From Octopus sinensis (taxonomy: Eukaryota): a stretch of 64,000 nt of DNA. The DNA lies in NCBI RefSeq assembly GCF_006345805.1, contig NC_043001.1, forward strand, positions 64,294,001 through 64,358,000, in the 5' to 3' direction. A program made the position numbers and the translations under genes. The notes below the pieces were generated by a model. That model was not told the origin of the DNA. It did not search any database and saw only the letters and a list, made by a program, of their open reading frames with translations. This document shows positions 50,031 to 62,439 of this stretch, piece after piece; positions within the stretch are counted from its first letter, which is position 1, and the number at the start of each line of letters is the position of its first letter.

Positions 50031-50039
50031 TATCAGGTT

Positions 50040-50830
50040 CCTGGAATGGCATGAATTATTGGCACCTCACAATAGCTGTTCCACTTTGAATTGTTTACAG
50101 GAAATCTGCAGTCATCTCTCAATAACCATTGCGCATTTCATTGTTCATAGGAAGTTTCTTCTTCAAATGGATCTGCTGTCCTGGACACATGAAGGTAATG
50201 ACATCTTTGGTTGTTTCTTCTGCAGTTTCTTTCCACTGTTGATTAGAGCCATTTGGTTCTCTGCAGCATTGAAGAGGATCTCAAGAACTAGACTGTGTCT
50301 CCAGGTATATCTTCCAGTGCCAGTGAAGACTCTGAAAGAATATGTTCCAGTGTTCCTACTTCACCACATCTGCATTTATCATTCTTTGATATGTTCCATC
50401 TCACCAGGGAACAGCAAAGTACCATAGGATGAATTAATAAAAAAAAACTTAGTTGTGATTGCACCATTTCCATATTCCATTGCAACTTATTTTTCTCTCA
50501 ACTTCTATTATTTTAGATTTCATTTCTTTCTGTATTTCCTTAATAAATGTCGGACTGCATAACTTTTTTGCTCTGAACTGCATCCTTGACTACTTTATTA
50601 GCTTGTCTAGCCTTGAAATGGCATTCTGCATGATCCACTTATCTATAGATAGAAGTATCAGATTAGCCATGAAGGCTTTTGTAGGTGACTGTATATAGGC
50701 CATTTGTTCTGAAATGTCTGTTGCTTTCAAAACCATCACTGTGGCTACAATAAACTATGTGACATATTGTGCAGCCAGCAGCAATGCTGGTCTCTAGGCA
50801 GTGCCAGTCTGTTGTGAAGTTACGAAATGC
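50040..50830 (-). mobile_element. HERO-like (RLE-type) non-LTR retrotransposon remnant
   Basis: LVRWNISKNDKCRCGEVGTLEHILS..ALE..YTWRHSLVLEIL zinc-knuckle region. Confidence 0.6.
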
Positions 50831-50855
50831 AAAATTTGAGTTCTTCATTTGTGTA

Positions 50856-53333
50856 CTCTTTGTGTACTATTTCCATTGATATTTATTTCGATGCTCATGT
50901 ACTTGACTCAACAGGTCTCCTCAAGCACTGCGGGGTCTGGGAAGCCAGGGGCTGCACCAGGCTCCAGTCTGATCTGGCAGTGTTTCTACAGCTGGATGCC
51001 CTTCCTAATGCCAACCACTCCGCGAGTGTAGTGGGTGCTTTTTACGTGCCACCTGCACAGGTGCCAGTGGGGTCTGGCATCGGCCACGATCGGTTGGTGC
51101 TTTTAACGTGCCACCGACACGGAAGCCAGCCAAGGCAGCGCTGGCATCAGCCACGTTCGGATGGTGCTTTTTATGTGCCTCTGGCACAGAAGCCAGTCGA
51201 GGTGGCGCTGGCATCGGCCACGTTCGGATGGTGCTTTTTATGTGCCACCGGCACAGAAGCCAGTCGGGGCGGCGCTGGTAACGGCCACGTTCGGATGGTG
51301 CTTTTTATGTGCCACCGGCACAGGTATCACAACTACTATTTCCATTGATATTTGTTTCAATGTTCATGTACATGCACTTGACTCAACAGGTCTCCTCAAG
51401 CACAGCGAGATGTTCTGGGATCCAAGGTACTTTGAATGGGCAGGGGCTATGCGGAACTGGTGCCGGAAGCATCCCGGGTCTTTGCAGTCACAGCACATCT
51501 CCAAAGATCTCGGTCCTTCGCCATTGCCTCAGTGAGGCCCAACGCTCTGAGGTCATGCTTGACTACCTCATCCCATGTCTTCCTGGGTCTACCTCTCCCC
51601 CTGATTCCTTCAACTGTTTGAGAGCGGCACTTCTTCACACATCTCTCCTCATCCATCCGCAGTACATGACCATACCATCGCAAGCGTCGCTCTTGCACAC
51701 CACATCTGATGCTTCTTATGTCTAGCATTTCTCTCAGGGTGCTTACACTCTGTCTTGCATTCACACTGACATTACACATCCAGCGGATCATGCTAGCTTC
51801 ATTTCTTTCAAGTCTACGCATGTCCTCTGCAGTCACGGCCCATGTTTCACTACCGTGAAGCATGGCAGTTCGCACACATGCATCATACAATCTACCTTTC
51901 ACTCTGAGTGAGAGACCCTTTGTTGCCAGTAGGGGTAGTAGCTTTCTAAACTTTGCCCAGGCTATTCGTATTCTAGTGTTGACACTCTCTGAGCATCCAC
52001 CTCCACTACTAACTTGGTCACCCAGGTAGCGGAAACTATCAACTACTTCTAGTTTCTCCCCCTGGAGTGTGATGGAATCTGTTTTCTGAGTATTTGTGGT
52101 GTCTATTGTCCCTGTGCATCTGCCACACATGAAAGCTATCTTAGTTATTTCTATCTAGAGCATCACCCTTACCCTTGTAGCAGTTGACTATGGTGCTGCT
52201 ACTACCTGGTTTACAATACGGGTGACTAGGCCATAGCCCACATAACCAGCTGTTTTAAGCATCTCAGCAGTGATACCTGATGGGCCGGGGGCTTTACCTG
52301 GTTTCATACCCTTAATTGCCTTAACTACAAGGGAGCTGTCTATTTGGATAGCTGGTCCCTCTACTGGGTCAACATTTGGCAGGCTCTCCTCCTCCCATTC
52401 ATTCTCCACATTCAGCAGTCTTTCATAATGGCTTCTCCAAGCCTCTTTCTTTTCACCAACATTAAAAGCAAGTGCCCCATCATCCATGCGGACACATTTC
52501 TCTTCTGTAACATCACTATTTTCTCTCACACACTGTCTAGCAATCCGAAATACCTCAGTTCTTTGGTCCTCACGTCGCTGGACATTGGCAAACTTCTTCT
52601 TTTCTGCTATATCTTTGGCTATGTATACCTGCCGCCCAGCCTCCTTTTTGGCTACTTGGTACGGTTCCCTGCTACCCCCATCCCTCCAGACTCTCCAGGC
52701 CTGTTTCTTTGCACTAATGGCTTTGTCTACTGCACTATTCCACCACCACGTAACTCTAGGTCTGGAAGGGACTTTGCACCATCCACAGACTTGGTCTGTG
52801 GCACCCAGCAAGCTGTCCTGTAGGAATTTCCAGCTACCTTCTATGTCCGACGTCTGTAGCTCTACCTCCCTCTCATCAAATTTCTTGATGAGGATGTCCC
52901 TAAATCTCTGACCATGTGAAGGGTTCTTTAGCTTCCAAATCCTTCTTTTCTGGATTGGTCTGTTTCTTGGAGTCCTTCTGGCCTCAAGCCTAAAGTCACT
53001 AATGATTAGCCTATGATGAGGGATACACTCTTCACCCGGGAGGGTCTTTGTATTTAAGAGCGACCCTGCATCCCGCTGTCTGGTGGGGATGAAGTCTATT
53101 TGGCTAGCGGAGTCTCCTGACTGATAAGTTATAAGGTGGCAGTCAGGCTTCCTGAAGTTAGTGTTGCAGATTAAAAGGTTACATGCATCACAGAATTCCA
53201 GTAGTCTAGTTCCCTCATCATTTCTGGTGCCAATACCATGGCCACCGTGTACCCCAGTGAAGATACCCGATTCCTGCCCAACATGCCCATTAAAGTCTCC
53301 ACCCACAAAGATGAGGTCCTTGCTACTAGTCTT
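50856..53333 (-). mobile_element. RTE LINE with RT core deleted
   Basis: ORFs 52188-53306 (APE-linker) and 51447-52130 (C-terminus); four 3'UTR units; tail replaced by a copy of 51335-51402. Confidence 0.93.
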
Positions 53334-53383
53334 TAAATATGTATATGTATAAATGTAAGTATGTGTATATACGTATGTATATA

Positions 53384-53429
<46 letters not shown>

Positions 53430-53659
53430 GTCTGCTAATGAAATCCAGAGATTCTCAGTATAGAAGACACTTGGTAGTGCTCAAAAGATTCAAACTTAGA
53501 CTCCGATATCTTTACAGGTGATCGATTCCACAAGGTAAAGAATGGCTATAAAAGAGATCAAGTTGAGGTGATATGGAGGTAATTATGTGGATAAACAAAT
53601 TAGATACATTAAATATATTAAATATAATAGTTAGGGGATGAAATACAAATATGGATATA

Positions 53660-54892
53660 CAGGGGTTGGACAAAATAATGAAAGCACCTAGCATCATAGC
53701 ATCTTCATTTTGAAATATCTATCAAAAGCTTGTTTATTTTTATGTTTTTGCATTTATTATTAGTGTTGCTTAATATGTTTTGCTAAAATTACTGTTTCTT
53801 TTCAGATATCATCAGAAAAAGGTAATTAAAATTCATTAAAATGACAGATCTATCGGACTTTCAAAGAGGTCAAATTGTTGGTGTTCATATGGCATGTGCT
53901 AGCATAATGAAAACAGCTAAAATGTTTGGTGTATCAAGAAGTACTTTCTCGAAAGTACCTTTGAGAAAGAGGGTAAAACCACCTTGTCAAAACAAAAACT
54001 CTGGAAGAAAACCAAAAACTTTCAGATAGGGACCATCAGACTCTTACGCAAATTGTTAGAAAGGATCACAAAAATACAGCACCCAAATTGCTGCAGAGCT
54101 TAATGACCACCTTGAGAACCCAGTTTCCACAAAAACTGTTTGCCAGGAGCTGCACAAAGCTGGATTTCACGGGAGGGCTGCAGTCAAAAACAAATGTTGC
54201 AAAGCATTTAGAGAGGAATGAAAAACCTACAGACTTGGTCCCAAGAGCAATGGAAGAATGTTGTTTTCTCGGATGAGTCATGCTTTACCTTATTTCCGAC
54301 CATCAGCCAAGTATACATATGGAGACAGCCAAAAGAAGCATTTGACCTAGACTGCCTTCTTCCAACATGAAGGAGGATCTGTGATGATGGGGTGGGGTTT
54401 TTTTGTGGGGGCTATATCTTGGAAATATGCCAGCCCAGTGGTTTCCCTTCATGGCAGAATTAATAGTGAAGAGTATTTAAGCATTTTATCTTATCAAATT
54501 CATCCTATGGTTGTAGAACTGTTTCAGGAGGGAAACACAATCTTTCAGGATGATAATGCACCAATTCATACAGCTAAAATTGTTACTGAATGGCACGAGG
54601 AACATTCTAGTGAAGTTGAACATCTTATCTGGCCACCACAGTCCCCAGATCTCAATATTATTGAGCATTTATGGTGCATTTTAGAAAAACAAGTAAGGAG
54701 TCGCTATCCTCCACCATCATCACTACAAGAACTGGAGACTGTTTTAGCTGAAGAATGGACAAAAATTCCTTTGGAAATAATTCAAACTTTGTAGAATTCA
54801 AGCTGTAATTACTGCCAAAGGCAGTCCTACCCTATATTAAAATAAATTTGTTTGAAATTTTAAGGTATTTCCATTATTTTGTCCAACCCCTC
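53660..54892 (+). mobile_element. Tc1-family transposon with DD36E spacing, frameshifted
   Basis: TA|CAGGGGTTGGACAAAATAATG...CATTATTTTGTCCAACCCCTC|TA; MTDLSDFQRGQIVG HTH; FSDES; FQDDNAP-x-SPDLNIIE with 36 residues between D and E. Confidence 0.92.
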
Positions 54893-57277
54893 TATGTAAA
54901 ACAAGAAATCAAAAGGTAGAGACTTTCAGATGATCAGTTTTTAAGTATAAATATATAGATATGTATAGTAATAGATCCAACTTCACAGAGTACAAATGAT
55001 GAAGAAAATTGAAGAGGTGGAAGAACGGTATTATAAGTCCAGCTGTTTCTGGGGACTCAGAGAGCCATAGCAACGTTGGTAGATGTAGTTCACCAGAATA
55101 TGCAGCCATAATTGGATAAGCGAAGCCTCTGTCATCTGGGTAGAGAAGATCTTAATGCAGAGCAGTTCAAAGATGGAATGATTAAATTTGGAGAGCTAGC
55201 TGAGGGGGGGGGGGTGTAGGAAGGTGGAGGATTACGAGGGAGGGGGTATTAAGACAGGGAATGGTGAGAGGAGAATAGATAGTTCAAGAAGTGTGAGGAT
55301 ACTAAGGGAGGTGGAGAGTTGGGAAATAAATAGGTGCAGGATTGATAATATTTGAATGGTAAGCAGTTGTGTTGGGTTTGTGTCTAGGTGTCAAAGTTTA
55401 GGGATAATAGCTATAGATTTATTGGAAGTTAAGGTAAGGAGAATAGGAATGGCAATTATTTGAAGGAGGTAAAGTGTCTAGTTCAATGGTAGAGGGAGAT
55501 TACTAAGGTATAAGAGAAAATAGAGGGAGGTGGACAGTGGGAGGGTTAGGTGGTGGCCAAGATAGCAGTGGTTAGTAGAATAATGAATGTAGGTTGGTAC
55601 TGGAGGGGAAGTTCTGAGGTATGCACAGGTGTATGAAATTGAATGGAGGGAGGGAGAGAGAGGATGATAGGTTAATCCAGTTGAGTGGGGTAGTATTAAG
55701 TGCTTTTGGTTGAAGAGGAGAAATGCGAGAATGGAAAGTGTACCACTTGTGAGGTTGGGAAGGCTATGAGGGAGGTGGATGTGATAGGTTAGAGGATTTG
55801 CAAAGGTAACAATGAGAGGGAATAGCTCAATAAGAAGGGTGGTATTACTTGAGATTGTAAGTTGCTAGGTTGACCTTGTACCTTAAGGTTAATTTTAATT
55901 AAGGATAATTATAGTTATAGGATTATATAGATTTAATAAGATGGACAAATAATGAGTAGAACCTGTGTTTACATGTGAGAATCTATTAAGTAATGAGGGG
56001 TTGTGGTGGCGGAGGATGGTTAGTAATTGCCTCACGATGAACTAGGATAGGGTATGGGGAACATTTTGTGATTTGAGGTTGTATATATAAATTGCTGAGG
56101 AGGTAGATAATTTAGAATTTTAATTGGAGAAATAATTCATGTGTGCACAGTAGCAACACTTAAAATCAACAATGCCATCAATATAGACCCTTATTTGATG
56201 GGAGCCTGGTGTTATAACACAGCATTTGTAGACTACATTTTCACACAGACAGAAACTTCTAAGAGGGTGGAATTGAGATACTCAACAATTGCAAGTTTTC
56301 CTACCTGCTCTGCAGTTAGAACTTACTGCTAGGGAGGTCAGGTTCCTATGGTCCATTATTAGTAAAGAACTGGAAGTATATCCAGTATCAGGAGGGGATC
56401 TAGGACTGTCCACCGTACAGATATTTTGCCACAAGGACCTTTGTAGTAAAGCATAAGAAGAGAAGGATAAAAAAATAAAAATAACGAAGGTCATACACTT
56501 TACTTAAACAGTTAAGCTCCTTTGATTTTGATTGTAACCTCTGACAATGCTTAGTATGCGCTTATAAACATCTTTGTATTTTTTCTTGGGTCGGTTTCTC
56601 CCCTTGCTGCATTGAATAACCTTCTTTTTAGAAAGAGATTCTTCATTTCTCAAGATATTGATAAGTTTCCATAAATTTGGATGAGTATTTATAACAGATG
56701 CATGTAGCACATTATGGAGACCTTCTACTCCATTGTTAGTGTTAGTCAGCTGATTTAGGGTTCTTTCATACATATTCCAAAGACTGATAGGAAAAGTAGG
56801 AGGAACTCTACATCTACAAACTCCCCTGCCTCCTCTCTCCCCACCAATGTAATGCATTTCAAAATATGCCACAAGTTCTTGTGGCTGGTCAGTTTCATCC
56901 ACAAGCTCTATAAATGCATTGATGGTGTTGGGAGGCAGGATGAATGCAAGTGCCATAAAGCACTTTACTTTTGTGTTAAAACTACAATCAGTTTGATATC
57001 ATACCTTAAGCCCAATATCTGTCATCTTTCTGTAAACAATTTTACAGAAGTGAAAAAAAAAAAAAAAGCCTGTTACATTTGCAGATGGAAATTTGTCAGA
57101 AAAACTTTGAAAACTAGCTTGTTCAAACCAATCATTAGATTTTCAGGTCTTAGGGACCTGAGCAAATCTTTAACCTTTTGAAAATACTCATTGTATGTGT
57201 CAAGAGTCTTATTTAGAAGGAAACCATAAATTTGTGGGATGCATGCATGTCCTATGTTGTCATGTAGAGTATATTAA

Positions 57278-57500
57278 CCCTTTTGTTACCATATTTCTGT
57301 TAAGATGCTCTGTGTTTCTTTCAATTGATTTTAAATATAACAAAGAATTTAGTAAAATAACTTAGTTATCATTAAGCTAGTGTTAGGAACATAAATTGTG
57401 ACTAGGGTTTGGTGGAAGACTTTAATTCAAAACTGATGAAAACAAAGACATTTATACTACAGTGCCAGAGGCGGTTTTGGCCGGGTTGGTATCAAAAGGG
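57278..57500. mobile_element. piggyBac-like MITE
   Basis: TTAA|CCCTTTTGTTACC...GGTATCAAAAGGG|TTAA. Confidence 0.9.
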
Positions 57501-58309
57501 TTAACTGATTATAAATTTCAAGACAAACCTTAAATGTTCTATTGCATGCCCAATTCTTAGGTATTTCTAGATTGTGCAACCCTGCATTCATACCAAAAAA
57601 ATCAACATTCTGTTTTTGATTCCATCCCACTATTGTAGAATTAAAATCTTTCTCTGTTTTGGAGACATGTAAATTCTTCAGGAATTACATAGCTAATTCT
57701 TGATTTAGGTTTAGGAGGGACCTTTTCTTCCTTTTGTCTCCATCTTCTAATGTTTCTTGATAAATTTGAAGTTGATGGCATAAGTGAGCATCCTTCATCC
57801 TCTAATTCCCTACATGTAGCACCAATCAAAGATCTTGAAGCTAACTGGGATTTAAATGCCTTTTCTTTCATAATTGCTATTGCTTCTTGCATTTTTGGTT
57901 GGCTAGGATTAGATGGATGTGTATGCTCACTTACAACTTTACAAATACAAATCACTTCACTATTCAGTTTTGTATAAACTCTTGCTTTACAGTTTGTATT
58001 AACACACTTCCAATAGACCTTGCCTCCATATTTTCTTTCTTGCCTATAAATAAAGTTAGAATCATCTATGAGCTTATCGCAACCACTGACAATAGTGTAC
58101 AGCATCGTAAGGGTTTAATAGTGTACAGCATCGTAAGGGTTTAAGGTTCAACTAAAAGAAAAAGAATGTAAATGGTTGCAGCAACCTCTCAAAACAAGCT
58201 TTTTGCTTTGAATTTTCAAGGTTAGATTGTTATTTTTAAATAAATGTAAAACAACCTTTCTACTTTTAAATTCTCATTTCAGTAATTAATGATGCAGTTT
58301 CAAATTTAA

Positions 58310-58530
58310 CCCTTTTGATACCAACCTGGCTGAAACCACCTCTAGCTCTGTAGTACAAATGTCTTGTTTTCATAAATTTTGAATCAAAATCTTCCAACAA
58401 ACCTTACTCACAATTTATGTTCTTAACATTAGCTTAATGATAACTAAGTTAATTTACTAAATTTTTGTTATATTTAAAATTAATTGAAAGAAACACAGAG
58501 TATCTCAAAATAAATGCGGTAATGAAAGGG
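58310..58530. mobile_element. piggyBac-like MITE (opposite orientation)
   Basis: TTAA|CCCTTTTGATACC...GGTAATGAAAGGG|TTAA; inserted in a ~59-bp tandem repeat. Confidence 0.9.
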
Positions 58531-59932
58531 TTAAACAACCTTTCTGCTTTTAAATTCTCATTTCAGTAATTAACACTGCAGTTTCAAATTTAAACGATCT
58601 TTATGTTTTCAAATTATCATTTCAGCAATTACTGAAAATGACTGCTGTAAATACTATTCCTTTATCTACCTTATTTAATTAACAATGCAATTTCAAGTTT
58701 CTAAGCTTTATGGCAAAATGTCCTTGCAGTGAAATATCCATACGGCAAATTGTCTTATGGTGAATAATACTATGGCCAATTGTCCTACAGCAAATTGTCC
58801 AGTCACCATTAGGAGGGAGTATTGTTGCTAGTATATGTGCTCACATGGGTAGTATTGTGGAAAGATGCTGTGAGTCTGTTATTATTTAGCTGAGGAGAGT
58901 TACTGTGGGTTGTATGATTGCCACTAGGTGGGTTAGAGTGGGACAAATTTCAGGTTCCAAGGATTGGCGTTGTAATTTGCATCTGTTCAAAGAGGTGATT
59001 ATGGATCTCAAACAGATGATTTATGAAATATAGGGTAGTACTTATGCTGTGATGGAAAGTAAGTGTTTAGGGTTTTAATGAAAAGTTTGGGTAGAGATTT
59101 AAGTTGGAGGGAGAAAGGTGGTACAAATCATAGGATCTCCTGCTTCCTGCCCTTAGAATGTTTAGAGCATGTGGCTATAGTGGGTGGATCAAGATAGGGA
59201 GGCTTATAGTTATTATAGGCTTGCGGTGGCCAGTGCTATGTGTATGAGGTTTTTTTTGAGAGTTGATGGATGTTGAGTGGAAGAAAGATTTGTGGATTTG
59301 GGGTTATTATTGAGAGATCTGTAATTTTTGTTTTAAGCTTAGTATTGGAGATATAGGAGATATTTTCATGGGCGTCACTTATCTGGAGAGCCTGATTATA
59401 ATACAGGACATAGTTGTTAAAAATTTCTTCATTAGCTGATAAGTTGGAGAACTGATAGAAGTACCTGTGACTATACTACTAAGGGTAAGTTTAGGATGAT
59501 CTGATTGGAGGTTGGTGTACTGTAATCGCTGATTGGATTTATGGAATGGGTGATATAAATTTGTATTTAACTCCAGAGTAATGTCTAAGAAATTGGCCAC
59601 CTTAGTGTCCATTTTTTAATGTGACACTTAGGTTATAGTTTTTAAAAAGTTAATGTAGGGCTTTCTTGGTGCATTCCGCAGAAGGTTGAGATAACCCAGT
59701 TGCTGTAAGGAGTGCATCATCACTGTAGAGTCGTCTGGAGAGGTTAGGGAAGTATTATTTAATTTGGGAAAGAAAGAATAGGCCAACTAGGTCAGTAACC
59801 TGGGCTGAGTAAGATGCGCCCATGGTTATATTGAAGAAATCGGTAGATGAATTGTTGGTCCAGTAATTATACTTAAAGTAAAGTTCTCCTAGCAACCAGG
59901 ATGATATCAATGTCAGAGTTAGATTTATCAAG

Positions 59933-60230
59933 GTCTTCAGTAGAAAATCCTTCGAATTCTGACTCGCTGCTTGATATAATGAAATTCGTATCCATTTTTT
60001 GTCAGAATTACAAATTTTGAAAACACAATAGGAACAAATTTCGGAAAAAAATCTCCCAAAATTCACGGAATTAAAATTACACTTCGATTATTGTACAAAA
60101 CTGTAGATGAACTGTTTACGAAGTATAATACGTGTTTTCACGAATGTACTAAAGAGATTTGCTCTGATATTCTCATTTAAATATGAATAGGTAAATACGG
60201 GCGGGTTTGGGCGGTTTGGTAACGAAAGGG
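59933..60230 (-). mobile_element. piggyBac 5' end with truncated ORF start
   Basis: Minus TTAA|CCCTTTCGTTACC; ATG at 59995 gives MDTNFIISSSESEFEGFSTED. Confidence 0.75.
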
Positions 60231-60672
60231 TTAAGGGCATTCTTATGTGCATGTTTATAATTTGCATTAAGTTCCTTTGATATAAAGTTGGCATACATTT
60301 CCATGGGGAGGGAATATAGATTTCCAGTTTTGTCATAAAAGACATGTAGGTGTGGTTAACTCCTTATTTTAGATATAATTCTGGATAGGTCCTTTTGGAA
60401 AGAATTAGTTTTATTAGAGAACTTAATGTCTTTTATCATATGAAGTAAATCTTTTTTAAAGTTGGCTAATGCATGCTTGTCTTACCCAGTGTTGATTGCA
60501 TCCATTATAGCCACATATTGTGGTGAACTACATCTACCAACATTATTATGGATCTCCAAACTCCCCAGAAACAGCTGTTGGACTTTAACACCTTTCATCC
60601 ACCCTTTTAATTTTCTCTGTCATTTGTACTCAAAATTGATTATCTTGAAGTCTCCACCATTTGCTTTCTCTC

Positions 60673-60703
<31 letters not shown>

Positions 60704-60707
<4 letters not shown>

Positions 60708-61080
60708 CTTAAGTAACCAGAAGATGGATTTGGTATTAATCTTTTTGTACAACAGTTGTTTTGACCCATCCTACTTGCAACATATCCTGTGTCTTGCTAA
60801 AGATCCTGAGTTTTGTCTGTCATGTTATTATATGCCTGTCTAGTTAGGGATTTCCTAACCAGATGAGCATATAACAATATGGTCTCTAGTGATCTCAGAA
60901 TCTTTAGCAAGACAAACTTTATGTGTGGATGTACCTGATGAGATCCAGACTACAAAATGGATGCAACACAACTTGTTGAATGGAGTTACACCCATAAGAG
61001 ACAGTAACAGAATGGGTCAAAATGACCAATGTACAAAATAAAGATTAATACTAAATTTGTCTTCTGGTTACTTAAGAAAT
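60704..61080. repeat. Nested fold-back element
   Basis: ~70-bp outer IR (first 21 bp perfect), inner 125-nt hairpin 60790-60914, three small hairpins in 60943-60995. Confidence 0.8.
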
Positions 61081-61489
61081 TGTTATTATTATGTCAACTA
61101 ACACTGTAGAGTTCCTGACATAGATCCAACAGAAATATACCCCGACTGTGGATGACACCGGGTGGCCCAAACTGTGCCAGCACTCTTCTCAACGCTTCAA
61201 CACACTAATCGACATATACGCATTAGTCCAAAATAGCATTCTCATTAGTCTAATATGTATGTATGTGTGTGTGTTTTTGTTTACATATGTAGGTTGTATC
61301 TGTATAAGTTTATATTTTGTACATCTGTGTGACCTCGTGAGTACCACTGGCTATTTTTTTCCTCTGTCTTCCCTTCTCGGGATCTTTCCTTCTCCTATGT
61401 TTCCGACGAAGAGCTCTGCTTCCCTTCTTTCCTGAGCGTCCTCGCATTGTTATGTTTTTTTGTTTTTTTGTGTTTTCTTGTTTGGATTA

Positions 61490-61524
<35 letters not shown>

Positions 61525-61526
<2 letters not shown>

Positions 61527-61910
61527 CTGGCCTCCGTGCTGTGGGCATGTAACAAACACCATCCGATCGTGGCCGTTCGCCAGCCTCATCTGGCACCTGT
61601 GTCGGTGGCATATAAAAACACCATCCGAGCGTGGCCGTCTGCCAGCCTCGTCTGGCACCTGTGTCGGTGGCACATAAAAAACACCATCCGAGCGTGGCCG
61701 TTCGCCAGCCTCATCTGGCACCTGTGTCGGTGGCACATAAAATCACCCACTACACTCTCGGAGTGGTTGGCGTTAGGAAGGGCATCCAGCTGTAGAAACA
61801 CTGCCAGACCTGACTGGCCTGGTGCAGCCTTCGGGCTCCCCAGACCCCAGTTGAACCGTCCAACCCATGCTAGCATGGAAAGCGGACGTTAAATGATGAT
61901 GATGATGATG
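61525..61910 (+). mobile_element. RTE 3'UTR with ~61-bp tandem units and (GAT)n tail
   Basis: Three near-identical units, then GGTTGGCGTTAGGAAGGGCATCCAGC and CCATGCTAGCATGG. Confidence 0.9.
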
Positions 61911-62027
61911 TATCAAAGTATCAATTAGAGACAGAAATCCCCATAAAATTCAACAAATCAGAATATAAATTCAACCATGTCATAGAATATTATATTTAAT
62001 ACTTACTATTCGTGTTCAAAGTTTTCT

Positions 62028-62119
62028 ACTACACGTGTTTCATGAGGTTGTATACTATGTTCCTGAGACACACAGTCTCTTACAAAACCTCCCCTTATAT
62101 ACAACCCCAATCTTCAGGT
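62028..62119 (-). ncRNA. Hammerhead ribozyme with intact core, long stem II and weak stem I
   Basis: Minus: AC-CTGAAGA-T-TGGGGTTGTATA...TATACAACCTCA-T-GAAA-CACGTG-TA|GT; 12-bp stem II, palindromic stem III. Confidence 0.65.
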
Positions 62120-62439
62120 CCACCTATCTCCTGTTTATAATTTTATCTATCATTTTATATTCCAACGTAAAAGTATATCAAACTAAACAGATGTATAAAT
62201 AAATTCCTAGTATGTCAAAACATATAAATGAGTAAATAAATTCATTGAACCCTGCAGTTTAAGCAAGTATTGCTAAAATATGTATAAATTAGTTTTCTGA
62301 ATGAACTCTTATTTCACATAATATCTATCTCTCATTGAATGTGTTCCTGTAATTTCATTAGCATATCATATTTGAAGCAAAGTACAAATACATAAACAAC
62401 ATATCTAAATTAGCCAAAATAGAGTAAAATCTATTTGCC

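Larger units (their letters stand above)
56405..58808 (-). mobile_element. FLYWCH-MULE (Mutator-like) transposon, decayed
   Basis: FLYWCH finger FIY..VYWKC..CKAR..EHTHP (57641-58105); TNNGVEGLHN (56504-56956); TIR with GGACAATTTG subrepeats at 58701-58808, partial partner at 56405-56455. Confidence 0.88.
54900..60670 (-). mobile_element. Penelope-like element with inverted pseudo-LTRs, interrupted by three kinds of insertion
   Basis: RT motifs ITMGASYSAQVTDLVGL, LYSDDA, NFLDITL, SDHP (59380-59930); GIY-YIG CENVVYKC..VYIDG..FK (55950-56270); 54905-55120 inverted against 60495-60670. Confidence 0.8.

Noticed and set aside
60725-60775. G-U wobble bias as proof of RNA-level selection in the fold-back
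   Set aside because: By eye, G-T and A-C mismatches are about equal in number
61525-61745. CRISPR-like regular ~61-bp repeats (also 51090-51320, 24430-24650)
   Set aside because: Tandem units without unique spacers, inside RTE 3'UTRs, in eukaryotic DNA with no cas genes
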